From Dehalococcoidia bacterium (GTDB lineage: Bacteria > Chloroflexota > Dehalococcoidia > Lucifugimonadales > UBA2962): 64,000 bases of DNA. Both the position numbers and the translations under genes were made by a program. Positions 18,836 to 28,664 of this stretch are shown piece after piece (positions within the stretch are counted from its first letter, which is position 1; each line of letters starts with the position of its first letter). Under the pieces are notes generated by a model, which was given only the letters and a program-made list of their open reading frames with translations, made no database searches and was not told the DNA's origin. Where the stretch lies: positions 2,586,887 through 2,650,886 of the forward strand of contig OZ252295.1 in NCBI GenBank assembly GCA_965250195.1, given 5' to 3'.

Positions 18836-19756
18836 TCAGACCTGGCCTACCCAATTGTCGTTGAAATTATCCCAGCGGCGGTATAGCTCTTCGACGGCGC
18901 TTTCGGGTATCCCGACTCCACGCTCCAAGAGCGCGAGGTTGGAGCGCATGTGGGCGGGGTTGCGTGTGCCAACCAGGGCGATGTCGACCTCGTCATGGGC
19001 GAAGACGAAGCCCACGGCTGCCGCCACGCTGTCTTGTGGCAGACCGGGTATGGGACCGGGACCTGCCATGATCCGGGCCCTGCGCCAGTACTCGTCGGCG
19101 TAGTCGGCACCCCACTTGTAGCCCGCTGTCGGGCTGGCGGCCGAACCCCAGGCGGCGTTTGCCAGGGGCCGCTTGATTATGACTCCCATGCCTTTTTCTT
19201 TGGCCGCCGTTAACAGGCCAAGCCTGGGCCCCTGATCGGTGAGGTTAAATGACCATTGCAGGGTGTCGAACACCCCGCTGTCGACGGCCCACGCGGCAGC
19301 CTCGTTGTCGCCAGAGTAGCCCACGAAGCGGGTTTTCCCGGAATCTTTGGCCCGTTCGACCGCCTCTATCGCTTCGCCGCGTTCCAGAACGTCGAGCCCG
19401 CAGCTATGTAGCTGCAGCAGGTCTACATGGTCGGTGCGCAGGCGGCGAAGGCTCTCTTCTACGGAACTGGTGATTTCTTCTTGCGACCAGGCCGACTCTG
19501 CGGCGCCACGGGTGTGGCCGCACTTGGTCGCCAGGACGAACTCGCTGCGACGATGCCCGACGGCACGGCCCAGCATCTCTTCGCTGTCGAGGTAGCACTC
19601 GGCGGTGTCGAGGAGGTTGATGCCGGAGTCGAGCGCGGCGGCCAGCGTGCCTTCCACCGCGGTCAAGTCGTCCAACGATTCCTGGGCGAGGGCGGCCAGC
19701 CCGCCGCCGATGCGGCTGACTGTGAGACCGGTGTTTCCCAATATCGTGGTTTCCAA
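18836..19756 (-). CDS. aldo/keto reductase
   Basis: AKR signatures: GGxxL N-terminus, DTAExY, LATKCGH, DLLQLH, GYS. Confidence 0.8.
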   Translation of the reverse strand: METTILGNTGLTVSRIGGGLAALAQESLDDLTAVEGTLAAALDSGINLLDTAECYLDSEEMLGRAVGHRRSEFVLATKCGHTRGAAESAWSQEEITSSVEESLRRLRTDHVDLLQLHSCGLDVLERGEAIEAVERAKDSGKTRFVGYSGDNEAAAWAVDSGVFDTLQWSFNLTDQGPRLGLLTAAKEKGMGVIIKRPLANAAWGSAASPTAGYKWGADYADEYWRRARIMAGPGPIPGLPQDSVAAAVGFVFAHDEVDIALVGTRNPAHMRSNLALLERGVGIPESAVEELYRRWDNFNDNWVGQV

Positions 19757-19757
19757 A

Positions 19758-20951
19758 TCAGGCTCCTGATTGTCTGGTTGCGGCGTGGTCCCAAGGGCTT
19801 ATCCACTCCTCGGCGATCTCCATGCCGAAGCCGGGGGCGTCCGACGGGGTGACGTAGCCGTCTTTGGGCATGGGCATGCCCGGTATGGGGCACACTTCGT
19901 CGAGCGGGATGCCGGGGTCGGAGCCCATCCAGAACTCGGCCATTGGCGACTCGGGCATGGCGATGGAGAAGTGCTGACCCCAGGGGGTGTCGACTCCTGT
20001 ATGAGGAATGGTTATGAGCCCGGCCGCCTCACCGAGAGTGTAAATCTTGAGCGCCTCTGACAGGCCGCCGCACCACTCGATATCGGGCTGCAAAACATCT
20101 ACTGCCCGTTGCTCTATTAGCTGCCGGAACGTCCAACGACCGTGGTGGTCTTCGCCGGTGGCGATGGGCATCCAGGGGATGCGCTTGCGCAGCTCTGCGT
20201 GGCCCTCCAGATCGGACGGTACGAGGGGCTCATCGAACCAGCGCAGACCGTAGGGCCGCAGCCGCTCCGCCATGCGGACGGCAAATTCGACGTTGAATGA
20301 CATGACGGGGTTGTACATCAGTTCCGCGTTGGGACCGACGGTGTCACGGGCCGCGGCGATTTTTTCTTCTACCTCGTTGAGACCCGCAATGCCCGAATCG
20401 TAGTGGGCGGGGTTGGAGACCTTGAAGTGCTTGAAGCCAAGCTCTTTTGACCAGTCCAGGTCGTCGGAGGTGACGTAGCACAGGATCTTTTCTCTACTCG
20501 GCCCACCAAGCAGGCGATAGACGGGCTGGCCCAGCGCCTTGCCCTTCAGGTCCCACAGCGCCAGGTCGATGCCCGACTGGGCGACGGCGGCCAGTCCTCC
20601 GGCTCCAAAGCGCTGGGTGGAGCGCCACATCAGGTCGTTGAGGTATTCCAATGCCATGCAATCGCGACCTTCGAGCAGGGGCGCGAAGTGGCTGTCGATG
20701 AGGGTTGCGGTGATTTCGCCAAAACTGGTTTGGCCGAGCCCCCAGCTACCGTCCTCTGCGATCACCTGTACCCAGGTGTCTTCGAATGCATTGGCTCCCG
20801 GCATTTTGCTGTGAGTGGTCGGGAACTCGGGGTATTTGTTGATGGGCAGCGCCCTGAGGGCGTGCGCGTTCCAGTTGGGCCGACGCGACGCGGAGCGCGG
20901 CGGCACGAGGGGAATGGCGACCTGAACGGCCCGGACGGCCTTGATCTTCAC
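19758..20951 (-). CDS. enolase-superfamily acid-sugar dehydratase (mandelate racemase/muconate lactonizing family, rhamnonate-dehydratase-like)
   Basis: GIDLALWDLKGKALGQPVYRLLGG plus metal-ligand regions. GTG start at 20951 (VKIKAVRAVQV). Only 1 nt separates it from the downstream AKR. Confidence 0.75.
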   Translation of the reverse strand: MKIKAVRAVQVAIPLVPPRSASRRPNWNAHALRALPINKYPEFPTTHSKMPGANAFEDTWVQVIAEDGSWGLGQTSFGEITATLIDSHFAPLLEGRDCMALEYLNDLMWRSTQRFGAGGLAAVAQSGIDLALWDLKGKALGQPVYRLLGGPSREKILCYVTSDDLDWSKELGFKHFKVSNPAHYDSGIAGLNEVEEKIAAARDTVGPNAELMYNPVMSFNVEFAVRMAERLRPYGLRWFDEPLVPSDLEGHAELRKRIPWMPIATGEDHHGRWTFRQLIEQRAVDVLQPDIEWCGGLSEALKIYTLGEAAGLITIPHTGVDTPWGQHFSIAMPESPMAEFWMGSDPGIPLDEVCPIPGMPMPKDGYVTPSDAPGFGMEIAEEWISPWDHAATRQSGA

Positions 20952-20970
20952 TTTTGGGTTCGTGTACTGG

Positions 20971-22695
20971 CTATCGAGGCTTGCGCCACTCGACGATGGC
21001 CAGCGTGGCGATGGGGTCGCTGGAGTCACCCGCAAGGGCAGGATCAACGGCGATCAACGCCACGGAAAACTTGCCGATCCTCTTCACCGAAGGCAATGTC
21101 TGGTCGCCCCGCAGGATGAGTGTGGTGGTCCCAAATTCGAAGTCCAACTGGCGCATGAGGACGACTATCTCCACCTGGCCGGGGTCGTCGCAGGGAACGC
21201 CGGAGGCACAGCGGGTGTCGGAGACGACCTCGATGAACTCTGCACCGAGCCCGGTCGAAAGACTGGGGCTAACCACAAGTTCGCCTATGTGCAGCCTGAC
21301 CGGCTGGCCGGTCGGGACCTGGTTGGCATCCCCGCTACCAATGGCGTCGATGGGAGCCTCCAGCGGGCCTTCGAAAAGGTCTATGACGACGGCGTCGGGG
21401 TCGGGCGTGGGCTCAGGGGTGGGTTCCACGAATCCGACCGGGGTCGGCAACTGGGGGTCGGCGGTGCCGGTGCGCACGGACGCTGCAACCTCGGCACCGA
21501 TACCGATGGAGAAGATCTCGGCCTTGGCCAGTATGCCCTCGGCCCCGTTGCCGCCCATGATGATGATGCGACCGTCCTGCAATAGCTCGCCGAGGTGGCG
21601 GTAGCGACCGATCTGCAGGTCGCCCGCCTTTGACCAGGTATTGGTGGCCGGGTCCCAGACCTCTATGGAGGTGCGGCTGCCCGTCCCACCGGCGACGAGA
21701 ACCCGCCCGTCGGGCATGAGCAGGGCCGCGTGTTCGGACCGGGGTTCGATCATGTCGGCTAGCTCGCCCCAGCTATTGTCGGCCGGGTCGTATATTTCCG
21801 AGGTCTGGCGCTTGCCCCTGCCGCCGACGACGAGAACGCGGCCATCTTTTAGCAAGGTCGCCGTGTGTTGGGTCCGGCCGATGGTCATGTCTCCGGCGGA
21901 GAACCACTCGTTGGCGGCCGGGTCGAAGATTTCGGTGTTTTTGATGTAGGGGCCGTCGGGGTCGCCGCCGCCCACGATCAGCACCCGGCCGTCGCTGAGG
22001 AGCGTGCCAGTGTGCCAGATGCGGTCGGTGGACATGCCGCCGACCAGGGTCCAGGTATTCAAAGCAGGATCATAGACCTCAGCTATGGCGGTCGGGGCGT
22101 AGTCCCGGTCCGATCCCCCGGTCACGATTACCCGGCCGTCGTCCATGACGACCATGGGAAAGGACTCGTGGGCGACGTTCATTGTCGCCACGGCCGTCCA
22201 CTTGCCGGTGGCCGGGTCCCAGATCTCGGCATGGTTGGTGCCGGTGTTTTTTATGTCCCGACCTCCGGCCGACAGCACGCTGCCGTCTTTTAGCACGGCC
22301 ATTGTGTGGGAAAAGCGCTCGTCGACCATGTCGTCGATGAACTCCCAGACCTCCGGTCCCGGTGTCCACAATTCCGCTGTCTTTACCGCGCCCGCGGCGA
22401 ACTGGGGCTGGTTGCCGCCGGTGACCAGGACGCGCCCGTCGGGCAGCGCCACGGAGGCGGAGCGCATGCGCTGGGCCCGCAGGTCGTCTATCAGCACGGA
22501 GGTGCCGGAGTCCGAAGCTACGCCGCTCGCCACGGATTCGGAACCGCCCGAACTTGTGTCGGTGTCGATCGCGGTGTCGGACGCACCGGAGCTGCTGCAA
22601 GCGGCGGCCACGAGGCCGACGGCTACCAGGATCATTCCGATAAGCAAGAGCCTCTTCACCGATGCACCTCCACCGAGCCGTGCGTGACTGGTCAT
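20971..22695 (-). CDS. Kelch-repeat beta-propeller lipoprotein with extra C-terminal domain
   Basis: Lipobox (LVAAAC). At least 7 repeats of the DGRVL(V/I)(T/V)GG...E(I/V)(Y/W)DPxxxxW type. About 170-aa unrelated C-terminus. Confidence 0.75.
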   Translation of the reverse strand: MTSHARLGGGASVKRLLLIGMILVAVGLVAAACSSSGASDTAIDTDTSSGGSESVASGVASDSGTSVLIDDLRAQRMRSASVALPDGRVLVTGGNQPQFAAGAVKTAELWTPGPEVWEFIDDMVDERFSHTMAVLKDGSVLSAGGRDIKNTGTNHAEIWDPATGKWTAVATMNVAHESFPMVVMDDGRVIVTGGSDRDYAPTAIAEVYDPALNTWTLVGGMSTDRIWHTGTLLSDGRVLIVGGGDPDGPYIKNTEIFDPAANEWFSAGDMTIGRTQHTATLLKDGRVLVVGGRGKRQTSEIYDPADNSWGELADMIEPRSEHAALLMPDGRVLVAGGTGSRTSIEVWDPATNTWSKAGDLQIGRYRHLGELLQDGRIIIMGGNGAEGILAKAEIFSIGIGAEVAASVRTGTADPQLPTPVGFVEPTPEPTPDPDAVVIDLFEGPLEAPIDAIGSGDANQVPTGQPVRLHIGELVVSPSLSTGLGAEFIEVVSDTRCASGVPCDDPGQVEIVVLMRQLDFEFGTTTLILRGDQTLPSVKRIGKFSVALIAVDPALAGDSSDPIATLAIVEWRKPR

Positions 22696-22786
22696 CTGGG
22701 AATCTTACCCGCATTCACCTTTGCACTGCCGATCTCATTTCCGCCTAGAATGGCGCCATCTCCAGATTCATGAGGCCGGAGGGACT

Positions 22787-23338
22787 ATGCGGGACTACCT
22801 GAAGCTACTACCGGTGTTATTGGCGCTGCCCGTGATCGCGCTACTGGCGGTCGGCTGTACGGGACAGTCGCCTGCCTCAGACGTCGGCGATTCCGCTCAA
22901 CCCACGGCTTCACCCATCCCCGGCCGCCCGAGCACGGCCGCGACCGCCGAGGCGGTGCGAAAATCGTCGGCGGGCGATTGCGAGATCGGGGCGGGCGCCC
23001 AGTGCGAGGGGGCCGACTTTGAGGGCAAGGACCTGGCCGCCGAGCAGATACACATGGGTCTGGGCGAAGGTGTGGACCTCAGTGGGGCGAACCTGAGATT
23101 CGCCAACCTCAAGGGAGTGAACCTGCTACTGGCAGACCTTAGCGAAGCCGATCTCACCGGTGCGGACCTGACCGGCGCCAACCTCAATAACGTCAACTTC
23201 AAGGACGCCGTGCTGAGAGACGCCGACCTGACCGACGCGAACCTGTCCTGGGCGATTCTCAAGGACGCCGACATGGAGGGCGCGATTATGTGCAACACGC
23301 TGATGCCGGACGGCGGCACCGCGAACTCCGGGTGTTAG
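22787..23338 (+). CDS. pentapeptide-repeat lipoprotein, paralog 1
   Basis: ATG 22787 after GGAGGG. Lipobox LAVGC. Run of A(D/N)LxG/ADLxx pentapeptides. Conserved CEGADFEG and C-terminal CNTLMPDGGTANSGC. Confidence 0.75.
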   Translation: MRDYLKLLPVLLALPVIALLAVGCTGQSPASDVGDSAQPTASPIPGRPSTAATAEAVRKSSAGDCEIGAGAQCEGADFEGKDLAAEQIHMGLGEGVDLSGANLRFANLKGVNLLLADLSEADLTGADLTGANLNNVNFKDAVLRDADLTDANLSWAILKDADMEGAIMCNTLMPDGGTANSGC

Positions 23339-23350
23339 GCCTGCGCTAAC

Positions 23351-24523
23351 TCAGGGGGTAAATATCTCGGTGGTCGGCGTGATCCGATCTTCGCTCAACC
23401 CACCGATGACCATGACCTGCCCGGAAGCCAGATTCAGCGCGGTAAAACGGTAACGAGTTTCGGACATGGTGTCGGCGGCGGACCAGGTGTTGGTCACCGG
23501 ATCGTAAAGCTCGGCGGTGGCGATGCGGCCGATGCCACCGGCCACCAGGATACGCCCGTCGGACAGCAGCACGGCCTGGTGCTCGGAGCGCGGGTCGACG
23601 GTGTCCCCTGCTGAGGACCAGGTGCCGGCGGCCGGATCGTAAACCTCGGCGGATTTCTTTTTGCCCTTGCCGCCCACTACCAGCACGCGACCGTCGGCTA
23701 GTAGCGTCGCGGAGTGGAACGCCCGGCTCACAGCCATCGAACCCGTCGCTTCATATGACCCGGTGGCGGGGTCGTAAATCTCGGCGGTCTTCAGGTGCGG
23801 GCCGTCCAGCTTGCCACCGCCGACTACCAGCACGCGACCGTCGGCTAGAAGAGTGGCGGTGTGGTTGGAGCGGACCTCGACTGTCTCTCCCGCCTCTGCC
23901 CAGACGCCTTCGACCGGGTCGTAGGTCTCGGACATTGGGAGCTGGCGCAGGAGCAGGTTACGACCCCCTACGACGAGGACTTTCCCGTCGTTGAGCAGAA
24001 TGGCACGGTGGCCCTCCCGGGCCTCGACCGGATCGCTGGTGGGCGTCCAGATGCCGGTGGCCGGGTCGAAGATTTCGGGGCCTCCGGGCAGCTCTTTCAG
24101 ACGGTTGATGCCGCCCGCTACGAGGACACGACCGTCCCCCAGCAACGTGGCCGAGGCGGCCTCGCGTTCCAGTGCCATCGTGCCCGCTGACGTCCAGGTC
24201 GCGGTCGCAGGGTCATAGATTTCCGCGTTGTCGTGGACGGTGGCGTACCGGCCCAGGCCCTTGCCACGCCCGCCAATGACCAGCAATCGGCCGTCGGCCA
24301 GGACAACACCGACGGGGAAGACGCGCTCGACGGCCATCTCCTCGCCGTACTCGAAGAGGCCCGGCCCGGATGGAGCAACCTCTGCCACGGCCTCGGTGAC
24401 GGTGTCTTCGCTCTCCGGCACCGCGTCGGAGATGTCTCTGGCGGCGGGGACGGAGTCTGCTCCGCAGGCCAGCGCCAAGAACGTCAAAACGGGCAGCGCT
24501 AGTAACAGGCTTCGGCGGAGCAT
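23351..24523 (-). CDS. Kelch-repeat beta-propeller lipoprotein
   Basis: Start at MLRRSLLLALPVLTFLALAC (lipobox). Six to seven DGRVLVVGG / EIYDP repeats. Confidence 0.75.
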   Translation of the reverse strand: MLRRSLLLALPVLTFLALACGADSVPAARDISDAVPESEDTVTEAVAEVAPSGPGLFEYGEEMAVERVFPVGVVLADGRLLVIGGRGKGLGRYATVHDNAEIYDPATATWTSAGTMALEREAASATLLGDGRVLVAGGINRLKELPGGPEIFDPATGIWTPTSDPVEAREGHRAILLNDGKVLVVGGRNLLLRQLPMSETYDPVEGVWAEAGETVEVRSNHTATLLADGRVLVVGGGKLDGPHLKTAEIYDPATGSYEATGSMAVSRAFHSATLLADGRVLVVGGKGKKKSAEVYDPAAGTWSSAGDTVDPRSEHQAVLLSDGRILVAGGIGRIATAELYDPVTNTWSAADTMSETRYRFTALNLASGQVMVIGGLSEDRITPTTEIFTP

Positions 24524-24712
24524 CACGGCCTCCTCTACTGCTTCGGGGCCTGGTCCAGCGACGAACTGACGCACACGCTGCCTGGCAGCGCCAAATAGGC
24601 TGCGACGGCTTCTGGGAGCGGATGCTATCAGATTGCCTCGTCGGCGGCCGTCGATTCGCCACACCGCTCCGACAAGAAGCTTTCCGCCGCATGGTGGTAC
24701 GATGCGCCAACT

Positions 24713-24907
24713 TTGCGTAAACGGTTGTGGTTGTTCGGGCTGGTCGGGGTCGCACTGGTACCGGCCGCGTGCGGGGGCGTGGCGAGTACACCGAACTCTT
24801 CTGGAGTCGGGGACGCGGACGCGGACGCGGACGCGGAGGCCACGGTCCGGGCAAGGGTGGAGTTGGCGCTAGTAGGGACCGACGGTGTCCAACGACCCAT
24901 TCGATAA
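24713..24907 (+). CDS. possible small lipoprotein with (Asp-Ala)4 repeat
   Basis: TTG start. MRKRLWLFGLVGVALVPAAC signal/lipobox. Low-complexity GDADADADAE encoded by the hexanucleotide repeat. Overlaps the HAD start by 23 nt. Confidence 0.3.
   Translation: MRKRLWLFGLVGVALVPAACGGVASTPNSSGVGDADADADAEATVRARVELALVGTDGVQRPIR
24811..24834 (+). repeat. hexanucleotide tandem repeat (GGACGC)x4
   Basis: Read directly: ggacgcggacgcggacgcggacgc. Confidence 0.9.
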
Positions 24908-25592
24908 CGTTACGACGTTGACGTTCGATATTTTCGGCACGGTGCTCGACCTGGCCGGGAGCCTGGTGCCGCCCACTAGCCGATTCCTTGGAGACCACGG
25001 CGCGGCCGTTGACGGGGATGCGTTCTGGGGGCAGTGGCGGGCACGGCAACGCATCGAGCAGTACCAGGACAACATTCTGATGCTGGGTCACTCCGGCTAC
25101 CTGGAGACGTGCAAGCGGGCGTTCGTGTACTGCCTGAGAACGAATGAGGTGGAGTTTTCCGACGACGAGGTCGCGGACTTCATGACCGCTTACCAATATT
25201 TGGACCCCTACCAGGATGCGATAGAGGGGCTGAATCGTCTGGCGGCCCGGTTCAAGCTCGTCGCACTGTCTAACGGGGAGCAGGACTATCTTGGGCACCT
25301 GGTGGCAAACCGGATCGGGGTCGATTTCGATGCGGTGATCTCGGTTCAGCACGCGGGGGTGTTTAAGCCGCATCCTGCCGTTTATCGGACGGCGGCCGAG
25401 ATGCTGAATTCGGAGCCGGACGAGTTGATGATGGTGGCCGCTCACGCTTTCGACATTCTCGGCGCCCGCGCGTGCGGGTACCGAGGAGCCTACGCAAACC
25501 GGTATGACCTCCCATCGGAAGTTCGAGCCTATCCACCGGACGTTGAAGTGCGAGATTTCATTGAGCTGTCCGACCGGCTGCTAGGAGCGTAG
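24885..25592 (+). CDS. HAD-superfamily hydrolase (haloacid dehalogenase type II-like)
   Basis: N-terminal FDIFGTVLD (DxxGT nucleophile motif), LSNG, KPHPAVY. Length 235 aa. Confidence 0.7.
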   Translation: MSNDPFDNVTTLTFDIFGTVLDLAGSLVPPTSRFLGDHGAAVDGDAFWGQWRARQRIEQYQDNILMLGHSGYLETCKRAFVYCLRTNEVEFSDDEVADFMTAYQYLDPYQDAIEGLNRLAARFKLVALSNGEQDYLGHLVANRIGVDFDAVISVQHAGVFKPHPAVYRTAAEMLNSEPDELMMVAAHAFDILGARACGYRGAYANRYDLPSEVRAYPPDVEVRDFIELSDRLLGA

Positions 25593-25597
25593 TTAAG

Positions 25598-26143
25598 TTG
25601 GCGATCAGACACCTGAATTGGACCGGAGCACTCTTGCTCAGCATCGCGGCGCTGGCGCTGGCCGTCGCGTGCACGTCTACTCCGGCGACTTCCTCGGACG
25701 CCTCCTCACCTACTGCCATACCGGAGAGCGAGAGCGTGTTCGCCACCGCCGAGGCGCAGCGTAAATCGGCGGTGGGCGACTGCACTATCGAACCGGGGGC
25801 ACAGTGCGAGGGAGCCGACTTCGAGGGCATGGACCTGGCGGCGGAGCAGCTAGGGAATCACCTGCAAAAGGACGGCGTGGACCTGACGGGGGTCAATCTG
25901 CGGTCCGCGAACCTGCGCGGGGTCGACCTGTATCTGGCCGATCTTACGGATGCCGACCTGACGGGGGCGGACATGACGGGCGCCAATCTGAATAACGTGA
26001 ATTTTAAGAACGCCGTGCTAAGAAACGCCAACCTCAAGGACGCCAACCTGGCGTGGGCGAATCTGCGGGGCGCGGACCTGGAGGGCGCGCTCTACTGCAA
26101 CACGGCGATGCCGGACGGCAGCACCAAAAACGACGACTGCTGA
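25598..26143 (+). CDS. pentapeptide-repeat lipoprotein, paralog 2
   Basis: Lipobox LAVAC, CEGADFEG, pentapeptide run, C-terminal CNTAMPDGSTKNDDC. Confidence 0.75.
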   Translation: MAIRHLNWTGALLLSIAALALAVACTSTPATSSDASSPTAIPESESVFATAEAQRKSAVGDCTIEPGAQCEGADFEGMDLAAEQLGNHLQKDGVDLTGVNLRSANLRGVDLYLADLTDADLTGADMTGANLNNVNFKNAVLRNANLKDANLAWANLRGADLEGALYCNTAMPDGSTKNDDC

Positions 26144-26159
26144 CGCCCCCGGGGCCGGC

Positions 26160-27399
26160 CTACTCTTCGTCGGGCCTGTACGCGACCTCGCCGTGCTGTG
26201 AGTGGTCGAGGCCCTGCTCTTCTTCTTCTTCTTTGACCCTGAGCCCGATGGTGAACTTGAGAGCGAACAGGATGACGACGGTCATGCCGAAGGCCCAGCC
26301 CCAGGCGGCACCGATGGCCCCCAACTGACGCAGGATTTGCCCTCCCCTATCGACTCCCGGTAGCACCAAATCGGAGATGCCCAAGAACCCGATGCCCACA
26401 AAGAGCCCGGCGGCGAGCATCCCCCAAGTTCCGCCGACGCCGTGGACGGCGAAGACGTCGAGGGAGTCGTCCAGCCTGACCCTCTTGGCCAGCTTTACGG
26501 CGAAGAAGCAGAACGCACCGGCTCCTAACCCGATGACCAGGGCTGGCATGGGCCCGACGAACCCGGACGCGGGAGTGATGGTGGCCAGCCCCGCGACGGC
26601 GCCGGTGGCCAGACCGACGGCGCTGACTTTGCGGTTAATGGACCAGTCGAGCGCGCCCCAGGTGAGGGCGGCCATGGCGGCGGCGGTGTTGGTCACGACG
26701 AAGGCGTTGGTGGCGCTGCCACCGGAGACAAGAGCGCTACCGGCGTTGAAGCCGAACCATCCAAACCAGAGCAATGATGCACCGAGTATGACGAACGGGA
26801 TGTTGTGGGGCTCCATTGCTCGTTTGCCGTAGCCCAGCCTGCGGCCGAATATGATGGCAGCCGCCAGCGCGCCCGCACCGGAACTGACGTGCACGACGGC
26901 TCCACCGGCGAAGTCCAGCGCGCCCCATCCGTTGAGCCCCAACCAACCATCGACGCCCCAGACCCAGTGGGCGAGCGGCGCGTAGACGACAGTGGACCAG
27001 ATGACGGTGAACAGGACGAGGGTGCTGAACTTGATCCGCTCGGCGAAGGCCCCGGTAATGAGCGCTGGGGTGATGATGGCGAACATGGCCTTGAAGATCA
27101 TGAAGGCCTGGTGAGGGATGGTTGACGAGTACGGACCGGCCTCGGTTGCCGACACGTTCCGGAGACCCAAGTAATTGAGGTTGCCGATGAAGTGGCCGAC
27201 GTCCGGCCCGAAGGCCAGGGAGTAGCCCCATAGCACCCACACGACGCTGACGAGCGCGATCGCGACGAAGCTGTGCATCAGCGTGCCAGCGACGTTCTTG
27301 GAGCGAACGAGGCCGCCGTAGAAAAATGCCAACCCCGGGCACCATGAGCAGCACCAGCGCGGACGAGATGAGCACCCAGGCGGTGTCTCCACTATCCAT
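26160..27399 (-). pseudogene. amt: ammonium transporter Amt with a 1-nt frameshift near codon 23 (or a homopolymer assembly error)
   Basis: N-terminus MDSGDTAWVLISSALVLLMVPG is in the frame of ATG 27399. The rest (LAFFYGGLVRSKNV...) is in the frame of ORF 26160..27392. Deleting one C from CCCC 27333-27336 restores MVPGLAFFYGG. Confidence 0.8.
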
Positions 27400-27512
27400 G
27401 CGGTTTCCTCCTGCCAGAGATCGGAGCCGTTGGCCGCGTTGACGCGGGTTGCCTGTCTATCGGTTTCGAGCCAATCAATTTCCGGGCGAGGTTATCAGGT
27501 CGGCCCCGCGCC

Positions 27513-27773
27513 CTACTCGCCCGGGGGTTCGTCCAACTGCCCGCGCAGGCTGGCTAGCCGCTCGGTCAGGACCTGTTTTTGTCGCACCAAGGCGTCCCGG
27601 TCGTAGGGGGTGTTGGCGAATTCCCAGGTCTTTGGATCGCTCAACCAACGTTCGACCATCTCGAGCCGGTGCTCGAAGTCCTTGATCGCATCGTCGATGG
27701 CGCGAGTGTCGCTCATGGCCTCAGATGAGCAAAAGGATACCTGATCGCGCTCCTCCGGCGTGGCCGGGCGCAT
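27513..27773 (-). CDS. hypothetical protein, start abuts the GrdB-like stop codon
   Basis: 86-aa ORF. Its ATG directly follows the TAG of the upstream gene (TAGATG). No motif recognised. Confidence 0.4.
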   Translation of the reverse strand: MRPATPEERDQVSFCSSEAMSDTRAIDDAIKDFEHRLEMVERWLSDPKTWEFANTPYDRDALVRQKQVLTERLASLRGQLDEPPGE

Positions 27774-28664
27774 CTATGTTGTGCGGATTCGACCCTCCGA
27801 CTTGCGTCTGGCCTGATTCTCCCGGCGCTCCCTACCCACCTGCCGCAACTTCTCGATGTTGGTCTCGTCGACCCGCATGTAGTTCTCTCGCCAATCGGAA
27901 CCGTGAGGCCAGACGAAGGGTGTCTGGACAGTGGTTCGCGGCGCTACCGCCTCGCTGAGCAGATCGATCGCCATTTCGAGCGTGGCGCGCTGCATTTCGC
28001 TGTCGTAGGGCACGCCCATGGGATTGCCCAGCGGGAAGTCCTGGAACAGGAACCGGGGCACGGCGCAGCGCTCAACGATGTCACGAGCCGAACCGATGAC
28101 GACGGTGGGGATGCCATTCGCCTCGAGATGCCTGGCCGTCAAACTGACGGACTGGTGGCAAACCGGTCAGATGGGGATGAGAACGGCGAGGTCGATCCTG
28201 TCCTGCCGACAAAGCCGTAGGACTTCGGGCGCATCTACTTCGCGGGTACGGCGCTGGCTGTAGCCGGTCGGCACGCCGTAGAAGCGCTCCGAGGCGCTGC
28301 CGATGCGGCCCGTCGAAGCGAGCGACCCGAGGGCGCGTATGGGCAGGAAGGTCTCGACGTCGCGGGTGTGGGTCGCCGCCTTGTCCCACGACAGGTCGGC
28401 CGTGTACATGGTGTCGGGCATGGGATTGGAGGGCGCGGCGTAGGCGACCTTGGGCGCCCGCAAGTCGGGGTCGGTTTCGGTCGTCTCACCGGGGTCAAGT
28501 GGAGTCGTGGTGGTCACGAGGCCGACCCTGCATTGTCTGAGCGGCTTTGGAAGAGCGGCGAAGGGCGCTTCGTCGTTGGCGGCCCATCGGTATGACCAAC
28601 GGTAGCCTTGCGCTGCGTAGTAGCGCCGTGATTTATCGACATAATCGACGGGCCGGTGGCTCAC
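27774..28664 (-). CDS. GrdB/PrdB-family (glycine/sarcosine/betaine/D-proline reductase selenoprotein B-like) protein, predicted selenoprotein with in-frame UGA
   Basis: ORFs 28167..28664 and 27774..28142 are in one frame, joined by TGA (28169-28167). Read-through gives ..DLAVLIPI-U-PVCHQSVSLTARHLEANGIPTVVIGSARDI.., i.e. a UxxC redox motif followed by a SECIS-like hairpin. Confidence 0.65.
28129..28160 (-). promoter_or_regulatory. candidate bacterial SECIS stem-loop
   Basis: RNA is UGCC-ACCAGU-CCGUCA-GUU-UGACGG-CCA-GGCA: a 4-bp lower stem, internal loop, 6-bp upper stem and GUU apical loop. The loop starts 22 nt after the UGA. Confidence 0.5.
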
